From Betaproteobacteria bacterium Ga0077527 (GTDB taxonomy: Bacteria; Pseudomonadota; Gammaproteobacteria; Burkholderiales; SG8-41), in contig LNDW01000024.1 of assembly GCA_001464815.1 (NCBI GenBank), positions 4,712 to 68,711 of the forward strand: DNA of 64,000 nt, written 5' to 3'. This document shows positions 1 through 8,865 of the stretch, piece by piece; within the stretch, counting starts at the first letter, position 1; every line of letters begins with the position of its first letter. The notes below the pieces were generated by a model. It ran no database searches and was not told where the DNA came from. It saw only the letters and a program-made list of their open reading frames with translations. The translations under genes were made by a program, and so were the position numbers.

Positions 1-801
1 GTACAGGTGCCCAGTCCCGACTGGCGGCTGGCCGCAGCGGGTGTTTCTCCACGTGATCACGCCATCGCCTGCGCAAAAGCGCTGGAACATCATCTCGAAC
101 AGCATCACGCGGCCACCGCCGCGCTGATTGTCGAACCGCTGGTGCAGGGTGCCACCGGCATGGCGATGCATGACGCCGAATATCTGCGCCAGGCACGGCT
201 GCTCTGCGCTCGTTTCAAGGTCCACCTGATCGCCGATGAAATCATGACCGGCTTCGGCCGCACCGGCAGTTTTTTTGCACATGAACAAGCCGGCCTCATT
301 GGCAAACTCGCCCCGGATTTCCTGTGCCTGTCCAAAGGCATCACCGGCGGGTACCTGCCGCTGTCGGCGGTGCTGACCACCGACACCGTCTACGCAGCCT
401 TCTACGATGATGAGGTCGCCCGCGGCTTTCTGCATTCACATTCATACACCGGCAACGCGCTGGCCTGCCGCGCCGCGCTGGCAACGCTGGACATCTTCGA
501 GCAGGACGATGTCATCGCCGCCAACCGCGCCAAGGCCGCGCGCATGACCGCGCTGTGCGGCGAACTCGCCGCCCACCCGCGCGTGCGCGATTTCCGCACG
601 CTGGGCATGATCTGGGCTTTCGAGGTCGCCGACACGCAGCCGGGTTTCGCGCGGCGCCTGTTTGAAGCCGCACTGCAACGCGGCGTGCTGTTGCGGCCGA
701 TCAGCAACACCGTCTACTTCATGCCGCCCTATGTCATCAGCGACGACGAAATGGCAATACTCGCCGCCACCACCCTGTCGGCACTGGAAACCACGCCATG
801 A
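1..801 (+). CDS. bioA: Adenosylmethionine-8-amino-7-oxononanoate aminotransferase, C-terminal part (gene starts upstream of window)
   Basis: ORF 7..801 is in frame from base 1. It has class-III aminotransferase motifs (LIADEIMTGFGRTG, SHSYTGN, RPISNTVYFMPPY). Its stop overlaps the next start (ATGA at 798-801). Confidence 0.9.
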   Translation, partial: VQVPSPDWRLAAAGVSPRDHAIACAKALEHHLEQHHAATAALIVEPLVQGATGMAMHDAEYLRQARLLCARFKVHLIADEIMTGFGRTGSFFAHEQAGLIGKLAPDFLCLSKGITGGYLPLSAVLTTDTVYAAFYDDEVARGFLHSHSYTGNALACRAALATLDIFEQDDVIAANRAKAARMTALCGELAAHPRVRDFRTLGMIWAFEVADTQPGFARRLFEAALQRGVLLRPISNTVYFMPPYVISDDEMAILAATTLSALETTP

Positions 802-1283
802 CCGCCGAGCGCCTGCGTATCGTTTCCGGCGGCCAGACCGGTGTTGATCGCGCCGCACTGGATGCCGCGCTGGCCGCGGGTGCGCCCTGCGGCGGTTGGT
901 GTCCGGGCGGACGCCTCGCCGAAGACGGCCCGATAGACGCGCGTTATCCGCTCACCGAAATTCCCGGTGCGGGTTACATCGAGCGCACCCGTGCCAATGT
1001 CGCCGACAGCGACGGTACGGTGATTCTGTACGGCGGCCCCCTCGAAGGTGGTTCGCTGCAGACGCAGCGCTTTTGTCTCGATCTCGGCAAGCCCTGCCTC
1101 ACCATCGCCCGCGAAACCTTCAGCGAAACACAGGCCGCGGCGGAGATTGCGCACTTTGTCGCGAACCACCATGTCCGCACGCTCAATGTCGCCGGCCCGC
1201 GTGCCAGCAAGCAGCCGCAGATTTACGCTTATGCCCTTGCCGTGGTCGCGCAACTGCTCGCCGCAGAGAGGGCTGCCGCATGA
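798..1283 (+). CDS. Circularly permuted YpsA / SLOG-family protein (annotated in databases as putative molybdenum carrier)
   Basis: 161 aa with N-terminal SGGQTGVDRAALDAAL..GGWCPGGR motif, which I recognise from the MoCo_carrier/cpYpsA SLOG family. ATGA overlaps at both ends. Confidence 0.7.
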   Translation: MTAERLRIVSGGQTGVDRAALDAALAAGAPCGGWCPGGRLAEDGPIDARYPLTEIPGAGYIERTRANVADSDGTVILYGGPLEGGSLQTQRFCLDLGKPCLTIARETFSETQAAAEIAHFVANHHVRTLNVAGPRASKQPQIYAYALAVVAQLLAAERAAA

Positions 1284-2671
1284 AGCTGACCTTTCTTGGC
1301 GCTGCAGGCGAAGTCACCGGATCGAGCTTTCTGCTCGAAACGGAGCAGCTGCGGGTGCTGGTCGACTGCGGCATGTTCCAGGGCGGACGCGATGCCGACA
1401 CCAAGAACTATGCGCCCTTTGCCTTTGCCCCGGAAAGCCTGGATCTGGTGCTGCTGACCCACGCCCATATCGACCATTCGGGGCTGCTGCCACGGCTGGT
1501 GGCGCAGGGTTTTCGCGGACGTATTTACGCCACGGCAGCCACCGCCGACCTGCTGCAGGTGATGCTCACCGACTCCGCGCACATCCAGGAAAAAGAACTG
1601 GAATGGCGCGGCAAGGCCGGGGCTCGCGGTGCAGGACGCCCTCCGCTGTACACGGTGGCCGAGGTGCAGCGCACCCTGCGCCAGTTGAGCCCGGTGGAGT
1701 ACGACGCCGATCTCACGCCGCACCCGAACCTGCGCTGCCGCTTCCGCGACGCCGGCCACATCATCGGCTCGGCAATCATCGAGCTGTGGGTGGATGACGG
1801 CGGCCGCACACACAAGCTGGTGTTCTCGGGCGACCTCGGCCAGCCCTCGCGCCCGCTGGTGCGCGACCCGACGCCCATCGCCGAAGCCGATGTGCTGGTG
1901 GTCGAATCAACCTACGGCAACCGCCTGCACAAGAATCTCGACGACACACTGGCCGAACTTGAGCACGCGGTGACCGACACCATCACGCGCAAGAAGGGCA
2001 ACGTCATCATCCCCGCCTTCGCCGTCGGACGGACCCAGGAAATCCTCTACCTGCTGGTCGACCTGTATCGCCAGGGCCGGCTGCCGGAGATGGACATTTA
2101 TGTCGACTCGCCGATGGCGCTCAAAGCCACCGATATCACCGCGCGGCACTGGGACCTGCTCGACAAGGACGCCGCGGCGATGCTGCGCTGGATGCAGAAG
2201 TGGCAGGGCAAGCCACGCATCCATTTTGTCGAGGACGCACTGGAATCCGCATCGCTGCAGCACATCAAACACGGCGCCGTGATCATCTCCGCCAGCGGCA
2301 TGTGTAATGCCGGGCGCATCAAGCACCACCTGCGCCACAACCTCGGCCGGCGTGATTCGACGGTGATCATCGCCGGCTTCCAGGCCGCGGGCACGCTGGG
2401 ACGGCGTATTGTTGATGGCGCAAAATCAGTGCGACTGTTCGGCATCCCGGTGCCGGTGAAAGCCGAGATCTACACCATCGGCGGCCTGTCGGCCCATGCC
2501 GATCAGGCCGCACTGCTCGGCTGGCTGGGCCATTTCAAAAAGCCGCCGCGGCGCAGTTTTATCGTACACGGCGAGCGCGACACCGCCACCCTTTTCGCCG
2601 GCACCATCCGTGAACGCCTCGGCTGGACCGGCATCGACATCCCCGCACCGCACAGCGCGGTCATACTCTGA
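1280..2671 (+). CDS. MBL-fold beta-CASP RNA-metabolising nuclease (RNase J / CPSF-like family)
   Basis: MKLTFLGAAGEVTGSSFLLE...THAHIDHSG (HxHxDH) plus C-terminal GLSAHAD. The ATG at 1280 overlaps the upstream stop. The track ORF from 896 is an out-of-context N-terminal extension. Confidence 0.85.
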   Translation: MKLTFLGAAGEVTGSSFLLETEQLRVLVDCGMFQGGRDADTKNYAPFAFAPESLDLVLLTHAHIDHSGLLPRLVAQGFRGRIYATAATADLLQVMLTDSAHIQEKELEWRGKAGARGAGRPPLYTVAEVQRTLRQLSPVEYDADLTPHPNLRCRFRDAGHIIGSAIIELWVDDGGRTHKLVFSGDLGQPSRPLVRDPTPIAEADVLVVESTYGNRLHKNLDDTLAELEHAVTDTITRKKGNVIIPAFAVGRTQEILYLLVDLYRQGRLPEMDIYVDSPMALKATDITARHWDLLDKDAAAMLRWMQKWQGKPRIHFVEDALESASLQHIKHGAVIISASGMCNAGRIKHHLRHNLGRRDSTVIIAGFQAAGTLGRRIVDGAKSVRLFGIPVPVKAEIYTIGGLSAHADQAALLGWLGHFKKPPRRSFIVHGERDTATLFAGTIRERLGWTGIDIPAPHSAVIL

Positions 2672-2688
2672 ACCGGAAGCGATACACC

Positions 2689-4164
2689 ATGCACCTGCCT
2701 GATTTCCGCACACTGCTTGTTGCACTGCTCTGCCTGCTGCCGGTCACGGCGCAGGCGCAATTGCCTACCCCGCTGCCCGAAGCAGTGAGCCGCGCGCTGG
2801 CGCAGGCCGGCATTCCGGAAGCCGCGATCGGTGTCTATGTCCATGAAATCGGTGCCGAGCAGCCGGTACTTTCGGTCGGTGCCGAACGCTCGCTGAACCC
2901 GGCATCGAGCATGAAAATCGTCACCACCTATGCCGGCCTCGAACTGCTGGGCCCGGCTTATGTCTGGAACACCGATGCGCTGATCGACGGTACGCTGCAG
3001 GGCGATGTGCTCAACGGCAACCTCTACCTTCGTGGTGGTGGCGATCCGAAACTGACGCTGGAGAATTTCTGGCTGCTGCTGCGCAACCTGCGCGCGCGGG
3101 GTATCCGTGAAATCCGCGGCGACCTGGTTCTCGACCGCCGGCTGTTTGCCGAAGAAGCGGCCGACCCCGGCCAGTTCGATGACCAGCCGACGCGCCCCTA
3201 CAACACCGCGCCCAGCGCGCTGCTGGTGAACTTCAAGGCGGTGACGCTGCAATTCATACCCGATGCGGCGACACGCACGCTGCGCATCGTCGCCGAGCCG
3301 GCACTGCCGCAACTGCAGATCAGCAACAACCTGAAGCTTACGGATGGCGCCTGCGGTGACTGGCTGGCGCGCATCAAGGTCGATACCCAGGGCAACGCCG
3401 ATGGCGCGCGGCTCAGTTTCAGCGGCGGTTATGCACTGGACTGCGGCGAACGCCAGCGCAGCTTCAGCGTAATGGGGCATCGCCAGTACACCGGCGCGCT
3501 GTTCGCGATGCTGTGGCGCGAGCTGGGTGGCAGCTTCAGCGGCCAGGTGCGCGACGGCGCGGTGCCGGACAACGCGCGGGTCGCCGGCAATGCGCGGTCA
3601 CTGTCGCTGTCGGAAATCGTGCGCGACGTGAACAAGTATTCCAACAACGTGATGGCGCGTCAGCTCTTCCTGTCTTTGGCGCAGGGCGGCAACACGCCTG
3701 CGACCACGGCCGCTGCCGGCAATGCGGTCAAGCAATGGCTTGCGCTGAAAGGTATCAGCGCGCCGGAGCTGGTGCTCGAAAACGGCTCAGGGCTGTCGCG
3801 CATCGAACGCATCAGCACGCGCAACCTCGGCGCGGTGCTGCTCAACGCCTGGGGCAGCGCGGTGATGCCCGAACTGATCGCCTCGCTGCCGGTGGCCGCG
3901 GTCGACGGCACCATGCGCCGCCGCCTGAAAAGCAGCGAGATCGCCGGCCAGGCGCACATCAAGACCGGCTCGCTCACCGGCGTGCGCTCGATCGCGGGTT
4001 ATGTGCTGGATGCGCAGGGCAACCGCTCGGTGGTGGTGTTCATGGTCAACCACGGCAATGCGCACAACGCGCAGCCGGCGATGGACGCGCTGCTGCAATG
4101 GGTGCACAACCGCGACAGCAACTGCTGCGGGCGCCAGCAGCGCATGCGCACCGGCAAAAAATAG
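2689..4164 (+). CDS. dacB: D-alanyl-D-alanine carboxypeptidase/endopeptidase, PBP4 (peptidase S13)
   Basis: Signal peptide MHLPDFRTLLVALLCLLPVTAQA. Has SMKIVTT (SxxK), SNN and KTG motifs. Confidence 0.85.
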   Translation: MHLPDFRTLLVALLCLLPVTAQAQLPTPLPEAVSRALAQAGIPEAAIGVYVHEIGAEQPVLSVGAERSLNPASSMKIVTTYAGLELLGPAYVWNTDALIDGTLQGDVLNGNLYLRGGGDPKLTLENFWLLLRNLRARGIREIRGDLVLDRRLFAEEAADPGQFDDQPTRPYNTAPSALLVNFKAVTLQFIPDAATRTLRIVAEPALPQLQISNNLKLTDGACGDWLARIKVDTQGNADGARLSFSGGYALDCGERQRSFSVMGHRQYTGALFAMLWRELGGSFSGQVRDGAVPDNARVAGNARSLSLSEIVRDVNKYSNNVMARQLFLSLAQGGNTPATTAAAGNAVKQWLALKGISAPELVLENGSGLSRIERISTRNLGAVLLNAWGSAVMPELIASLPVAAVDGTMRRRLKSSEIAGQAHIKTGSLTGVRSIAGYVLDAQGNRSVVVFMVNHGNAHNAQPAMDALLQWVHNRDSNCCGRQQRMRTGKK

Positions 4165-4186
4165 CGGCGGATACGGGCGCGGGAAT

Positions 4187-4657
4187 TCAGCGCGGGGCCG
4201 CGGTCCGCGCCTCGAATTCGCGGATGGCCCGGGCGAGCTCGTGGTATTCCGCGCATTCGGCCTTGCACAGGAATTCGAGCTCGCGCAGGTGCTGGCGGGC
4301 ACGGGTGACGTTGCCCTGCATCAGCCAGGCTTCACCGATGTATTCATGCACGCCGCGGTGTTCGGGATCGATCTCCAGCGCGCGGTGGTAGTGGCGGAAC
4401 GAAGCCGGCAGGTCGCCGAGCTTGCGGTGGGCAAAGCCGAGCAGGTTGAACACGTCGGCGCTGCGCGGGTGGCGCCGCGCCGCAGGCTCGAGGCGGCGGA
4501 CCGCCTCGGCCCAGTGCTGGGCTTCGATCGCCCGGAAGCCGGCGTCGAAGTCGGCATCACCCACCGGCGCGGCGGCACCGGGTTCGTTATAAATCGCGGA
4601 TGCGGCCGCGGGCCACAAGGCCGCGCACAGCAGCAGCATCCCCAGCAGTCCGCGCAT
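4187..4657 (-). CDS. Exported tetratricopeptide-repeat protein
   Basis: Start chosen at MRGLLGMLLLCAALWPAAASA (signal peptide). TPR-like repeats (FNLLGFAHRKLGDLPASFRHYHRALEIDPEH). Confidence 0.6.
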   Translation of the reverse strand: MRGLLGMLLLCAALWPAAASAIYNEPGAAAPVGDADFDAGFRAIEAQHWAEAVRRLEPAARRHPRSADVFNLLGFAHRKLGDLPASFRHYHRALEIDPEHRGVHEYIGEAWLMQGNVTRARQHLRELEFLCKAECAEYHELARAIREFEARTAAPR

Positions 4658-4714
4658 GTTCGGTCCCCTTTTTGCGAAGCCCCGATGATGAACGCGGGGC
4701 ATGACCACCGTGTT

Positions 4715-5500
4715 TCAGCGCGGCAGGCTCACCGCGCGCCGCAGCTGGCGTTGCAGCAGCAATCGCGACAGCGCATGCACCACCGCCGCGACCGCGAGTG
4801 CCCACAGAAAGGCGGCACCAGTGCCGGTGCGCGGCAGCGTCCAGGCCAGTACGATGCAGAAGGTGGCGAAGGCATACAGGCCATAGGCCATGCCGCGCAG
4901 CAGCTGGATGGCAGCGCCGGCGCCGGCACTGCGGTGGGTGAACAGCGCAAGCACCGTGTTCATCACCGGGAACATCGCCAGCACGCCGGACAGCGAAGGG
5001 CCGAGACTGTCCGCAAAATGGGTCACCGCCAGCACCAGCGCCGCACCCAGCGCCATGCGCAGCAGCAGGTCATTCGCGGGTTTGGCCGGCGGCTTGCCCG
5101 CCTCGCGCCGGGGATAGGCACGCGGCGCGAAAAACAGCGCGGCCAGCACTGCCAGCGTCGACACCGAGAGCGCCAGCGGCACGGCGCCCACCGCTGCAGC
5201 GGCAAAGGCATAAGCCACATAGGCCAGCGTCAGGCTGGCCGGCCAGCCGAAGCGCGTCGCCGCCCAGGCGTAGCAGATGCCGTAAACGAGAATGGCCAGC
5301 ACGCCGACCAGCGTGCCCACCGCCGCCACCGCGGCAAATTCAGCCCCCTGCTCCAGCGCGATGAACCACAGGATCGGGCCGGCGACGATCGGAAACGCCG
5401 ACAGCCAGCCCGCCACCGCCGGCCCCCAGCGCCGGCCGGCAAAGGTGACCACCGCAATCAGCGCCGGCACCAGAAACAATTTCAGCAACAACACGGTGCT
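4715..5500 (-). CDS. Integral membrane protein, unknown function
   Basis: About 8 hydrophobic segments. Start taken at MSTVLLLKLFLVP. An AT-rich promoter-like region lies upstream (5531-5580). Confidence 0.55.
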   Translation of the reverse strand, partial: STVLLLKLFLVPALIAVVTFAGRRWGPAVAGWLSAFPIVAGPILWFIALEQGAEFAAVAAVGTLVGVLAILVYGICYAWAATRFGWPASLTLAYVAYAFAAAAVGAVPLALSVSTLAVLAALFFAPRAYPRREAGKPPAKPANDLLLRMALGAALVLAVTHFADSLGPSLSGVLAMFPVMNTVLALFTHRSAGAGAAIQLLRGMAYGLYAFATFCIVLAWTLPRTGTGAAFLWALAVAAVVHALSRLLLQRQLRRAVSLPR

Positions 5501-5583
5501 CATCGCAGCCCTTTCTCCGAAGCTGCGGAGCAAATAAAATTATTCAATTAAAACAATCACTTATAAACTTTTTGTCTCTGGAA

Positions 5584-7047
5584 CTACAAACCCAGTTGCG
5601 CCCAGATCGCATCCACCCGCTTCTTCACCTCGTCATTCATCGCAATCGGCGTACCCCACTCACGGCTGGTTTCCGCCGGCCATTTGTTGGTGGCGTCGAT
5701 GCCCATCTTGGAACCAAGTCCCGCCACCGGGCTGGCGAAGTCGAGGCTGTCGATCGGTGTGGCGTCGGCAATCAGCGTGTCGCGTTTCGGATCGACGCGT
5801 GTGGTCAGCGCCCAGATCACTTCCTTCCAGTCGCGCACATTGACGTCGTCATCGGTGACGATGATGAACTTGGTGTACATGAACTGGCGCAGAAAACTCC
5901 AAATGCCGAACATCACGCGCTTGGCGTGGCCCGGATACTGTTTTTTGATGCTGACGCAGGCGATGCGGTACGAGCAGCCTTCGGGCGGCAGATAAAAATC
6001 GACGATCTCCGGAAACTGCTTCACCAGCAGCGGCACGAACACTTCATTCAGCGCTTCGCCGAGCACCGCCGGTTCATCCGGCGGCTTGCCGGTGTAGGTG
6101 GAGTGGTAAATGGGGTCTTTGCGCGTGGTGATGCGCTCGACGGTGAACACCGGGAAACGCTCCTGCTCGTTGTAATAGCCGGTGTGGTCGCCGAAGGGGC
6201 CTTCGAGTGCGGTGTCATTGGGATGAATGAAACCTTCAAGCACGATCTCGGCGCGCGCCGGCACCTGCAGGCCGTGGCTGATGCAATTTGCGATTTCGGT
6301 TTTTTCACCGCGCAGCAGTCCGGCGAACTGGTATTCGGACAAGGTGTCCGGCACCGGGGTCACCGCGCCGAGCATGGTCGCCGGATCGGCGCCCAGCGCC
6401 ACCGCCACCGGGAAAGGCTCACGCGGATGCGCAAGACAATGGTCGCGGTAATCGAGCGCGCCGCCGCGGTGAGCGAGCCAGCGCATGATCAGTCTGTTTT
6501 TGCCGATCACCTGCTGCCGGTAAATGCCGAGGTTCTGCCGCGTCTTGCCCGGGCCACGGGTCACTGTCAGGCCCCAGGTGATCAGCGGCGCAACATCACC
6601 GGGCCAGCAGGTCTGGACCGGCAAGCGGGCGAGATCAACGGCGGCGCCTTCCCATGTGATTTCCTGGCAGACCGGACCACGCACCAGCCTCGGCTGCATG
6701 CTCAACACCTGGCGCAGCAGCGGCAGCTTGTCCCAGGCATCTTTCAGACCCTTCGGCGGCTCCGGCTCCTTCAACTGCGCCAGCAGCTGGCCCAGTTCAC
6801 GCAGCGCCGCCACCGAGTCGCGACCCATGCCGCGCGCCACGCGCTGCGGCGTGCCGAACAGGTTGCCGAGCACCGGCACCGCGTGGTTCTTCGGCTTTTC
6901 AAACAACAACGCCGGGCCACCGGCTTTCAGCACACGGTCGCAGATCTCGGTCATCTCCAGGCGCGGATCGACTTCGACGCCGATGCGTTTCAACTGGCCT
7001 TCACGCTCGAGGCCGGCGATAAAGTCGCGCAGGTCGCGGTAACTCAT
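5584..7047 (-). CDS. ubiD: 4-hydroxy-3-polyprenylbenzoate decarboxylase (UbiD)
   Basis: 487 aa. N-terminus [22 protein letters not shown] and full-length similarity to the UbiD family. Confidence 0.9.
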   Translation of the reverse strand: MSYRDLRDFIAGLEREGQLKRIGVEVDPRLEMTEICDRVLKAGGPALLFEKPKNHAVPVLGNLFGTPQRVARGMGRDSVAALRELGQLLAQLKEPEPPKGLKDAWDKLPLLRQVLSMQPRLVRGPVCQEITWEGAAVDLARLPVQTCWPGDVAPLITWGLTVTRGPGKTRQNLGIYRQQVIGKNRLIMRWLAHRGGALDYRDHCLAHPREPFPVAVALGADPATMLGAVTPVPDTLSEYQFAGLLRGEKTEIANCISHGLQVPARAEIVLEGFIHPNDTALEGPFGDHTGYYNEQERFPVFTVERITTRKDPIYHSTYTGKPPDEPAVLGEALNEVFVPLLVKQFPEIVDFYLPPEGCSYRIACVSIKKQYPGHAKRVMFGIWSFLRQFMYTKFIIVTDDDVNVRDWKEVIWALTTRVDPKRDTLIADATPIDSLDFASPVAGLGSKMGIDATNKWPAETSREWGTPIAMNDEVKKRVDAIWAQLGL

Positions 7048-7057
7048 GGTATTTGAC

Positions 7058-7948
7058 TCATAACATCATGCGCGGAAAGCGCCACCAATCAATCGCGGCG
7101 CCGGCGAAGATGATCGCGCCGACCCAGTTGTTGTTGAGAAAGGCCTTGAAGCAACCCTCGCGGCTGCGCCCCTTGATCAACCAGTATTGATACAGCACCA
7201 GCAACGAGGCCGCGGTCAGCGCGCCAAAATAGAATACACCGCGCAACTGCCACCAGCCGATCCAGGTCAGCGTCGCCAGAAAAAGCGCATGCGCGGCGAT
7301 CACGCCCACCACATCGAAGCGGCCGAACAGGATCGCCGAGGACTTGACACCGATCTTCAGGTCGTCTTCACGGTCGACCATCGCATATTCAGTGTCATAG
7401 GCCACCGCCCAGAACACCGTCGCCAGCAGCAGCGCCCAGGCCACCGGCGGCAGCGCATTCCACACCGCCGCATAGGCCATCGGGATGCCGAAACCGAAGG
7501 CCAGGCCCAGCCACACCTGCGGCAGCGGAAACACCCGCTTCAGAAAAGGATAGATCACCGCAATCGCCGCGGCGGCGATTGCGAGCTTGATCGTCAGCGC
7601 ATTCAGGAACAGCACCAGCACGAAGGCCAGCAGCATCAGCGCGCCGGCGAGCAGCAGCGCCTCCTTCGGCCGGACCAGCCCGGCAGCCAGCGGCCGGTTT
7701 TTGGTGCGCTCAACGTGCGGATCAAAATCGCGGTCGGCGTAGTCGTTGATCACACAGCCGGCCGAACGCATCAGCACCGTGCCGGTGACAAAGACCAGCA
7801 GTACATCCAGCGGCGGCAGACCGGCCGAGGCAAACCACAGTCCCCACAGCGTGGGCCACAGCAGCAGCAGGATGCCGATCGGCTTGTCGAGCCGCATCAG
7901 CTTTTCGTAGGCGTCGAGCCGTTCTTTGAAAGGCAGTGCAGGGGTCAC
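7058..7948 (-). CDS. ubiA: 4-hydroxybenzoate polyprenyltransferase (UbiA)
   Basis: [19 protein letters not shown] and NDYADRDFD motifs. I place the start at GTG 7948, which overlaps the ubiC stop (GTGA), rather than the track start at 8029, which would overlap ubiC by 85 nt. Confidence 0.85.
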   Translation of the reverse strand: MTPALPFKERLDAYEKLMRLDKPIGILLLLWPTLWGLWFASAGLPPLDVLLVFVTGTVLMRSAGCVINDYADRDFDPHVERTKNRPLAAGLVRPKEALLLAGALMLLAFVLVLFLNALTIKLAIAAAAIAVIYPFLKRVFPLPQVWLGLAFGFGIPMAYAAVWNALPPVAWALLLATVFWAVAYDTEYAMVDREDDLKIGVKSSAILFGRFDVVGVIAAHALFLATLTWIGWWQLRGVFYFGALTAASLLVLYQYWLIKGRSREGCFKAFLNNNWVGAIIFAGAAIDWWRFPRMML

Positions 7949-8478
7949 AGCGTTGCCATCGCAGGAAGGAAGACTTCGCTGACCAGTATAGGCGAACGGC
8001 CCAGCGCAAACAGCGAACGCCTCGCCCACAGCGTCGCTGGTGCCGCGGACAGCTGCGCCGCGGCACGGCGGTGCAACGGATGCGTGCGTCCGATTTTTTT
8101 CTGGCGCAGCGGATAACGCGCGATGCGCGGATCGGCGAACAAGGCCGCACCCAGGGGCCGGTTACCGAGCCCGGTGACACTGCGCCAGGCGCCGCGTAAT
8201 GCCGAAGCCGCCAGCACCGTATGCGCAAACACCAGCGCTGTCTTCCCCTGCATCAGCAACACCTCGCGCACCAGCACACGCTGGACAGGTGACGGGAACA
8301 GAAAATTTTCATCGGGATGAGCCCGACGCAACCCCTGGAACAACACCCTGACCGTGATCGCCCCCGCATGCCGCTGCAACCGCGCCGTCAGCGAACCGCG
8401 ATCGGTCAGCCAGGGACGCAGGCGACCGGCGTTGACGGGTGTGGTGCACCACAGGGTGTCTCGGGGGATTTGTTTCAC
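7945..8478 (-). CDS. ubiC: Chorismate pyruvate-lyase (UbiC)
   Basis: 177 aa with WLTDRGSLTARL motif. Lies immediately upstream of ubiA and is coupled to it. Confidence 0.75.
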   Translation of the reverse strand: MKQIPRDTLWCTTPVNAGRLRPWLTDRGSLTARLQRHAGAITVRVLFQGLRRAHPDENFLFPSPVQRVLVREVLLMQGKTALVFAHTVLAASALRGAWRSVTGLGNRPLGAALFADPRIARYPLRQKKIGRTHPLHRRAAAQLSAAPATLWARRSLFALGRSPILVSEVFLPAMATL

Positions 8479-8511
8479 GGGATTGTGGGAATTTTTGCTG
8501 CGGGATTATCG

Positions 8512-8537
8512 CATCAACCCATACCATCAACCCATAC
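8512..8537. repeat. Perfect tandem duplication of 13 bp (CATCAACCCATAC x2) in the ubiC upstream region
   Basis: Read directly: catcaacccatac catcaacccatac, 34-59 nt upstream of the ubiC start codon. Confidence 0.8.
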
Positions 8538-8589
8538 AAACACTGCATCGTCACCACCCACTTCCCCATGTAAGCCGCCGAGCAGCGCA

Positions 8590-8760
8590 GTCAAGCTGGG
8601 GGGTAGTCGGCGAGGACTGTCTGAGTCCTTGCCGCGCAGCGGCAAGGGCGAGTTCCGCAGCCGCCCAGCTTGGCGAGCAGCGCAGGGGAGTCCGAAGGAC
8701 CGGCGAGCCTGGGTCGCCTTCTCTTTGGTTACTTTCTCTTGGCGAAGCAAGAGAAAGTGA
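8590..8760. repeat. REP/MITE-like structured intergenic element with nested hairpins
   Basis: CAAGCTGGGGGG (about 8592) pairs with CCGCCCAGCTTG (about 8665). Inner hairpin CCTTGCCGC-GCA-GCGGCAAGG at 8627-8647. Perfect 11-bp hairpin ACTTTCTCTTG-gcgaag-CAAGAGAAAGT at 8731-8758. Spurious ORFs across it read like the FLLAKQEKVT-type artefact peptides known from dispersed repeats. Confidence 0.5.
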
Positions 8761-8865
8761 CTAGCCGCCGGGCTACCCCCGGCGAAGTTGAAGTTAAATA
8801 CAGCCCTTCGACAAGCTCGGGGCGAACGGAGGTTTTAGTTTGCCAAGATCAGCAAACCCAAAACC

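Noticed and set aside
896-1279. N-terminal 128-aa extension of the beta-CASP nuclease ORF. Analogous upstream extensions occur for recG (10942-11196), the APC permease (11019-11237), purH (36060-36170), the Ser/Thr kinase (30126-30380) and CT2 (62157-62234).
   Set aside because: The extensions overlap neighbouring genes or repeats and are Arg/Pro-rich junk. The family-typical N-terminus begins at an internal ATG or GTG, often overlapping the upstream stop.
8317-8764. Two overlapping plus-strand ORFs (147 and 136 aa) and a minus-strand 78-aa ORF in the recG-ubiC spacer.
   Set aside because: They run through the nested inverted repeats of the REP-like element. They read like the artefact peptides such repeats generate, with no start context or coding-type codon bias.
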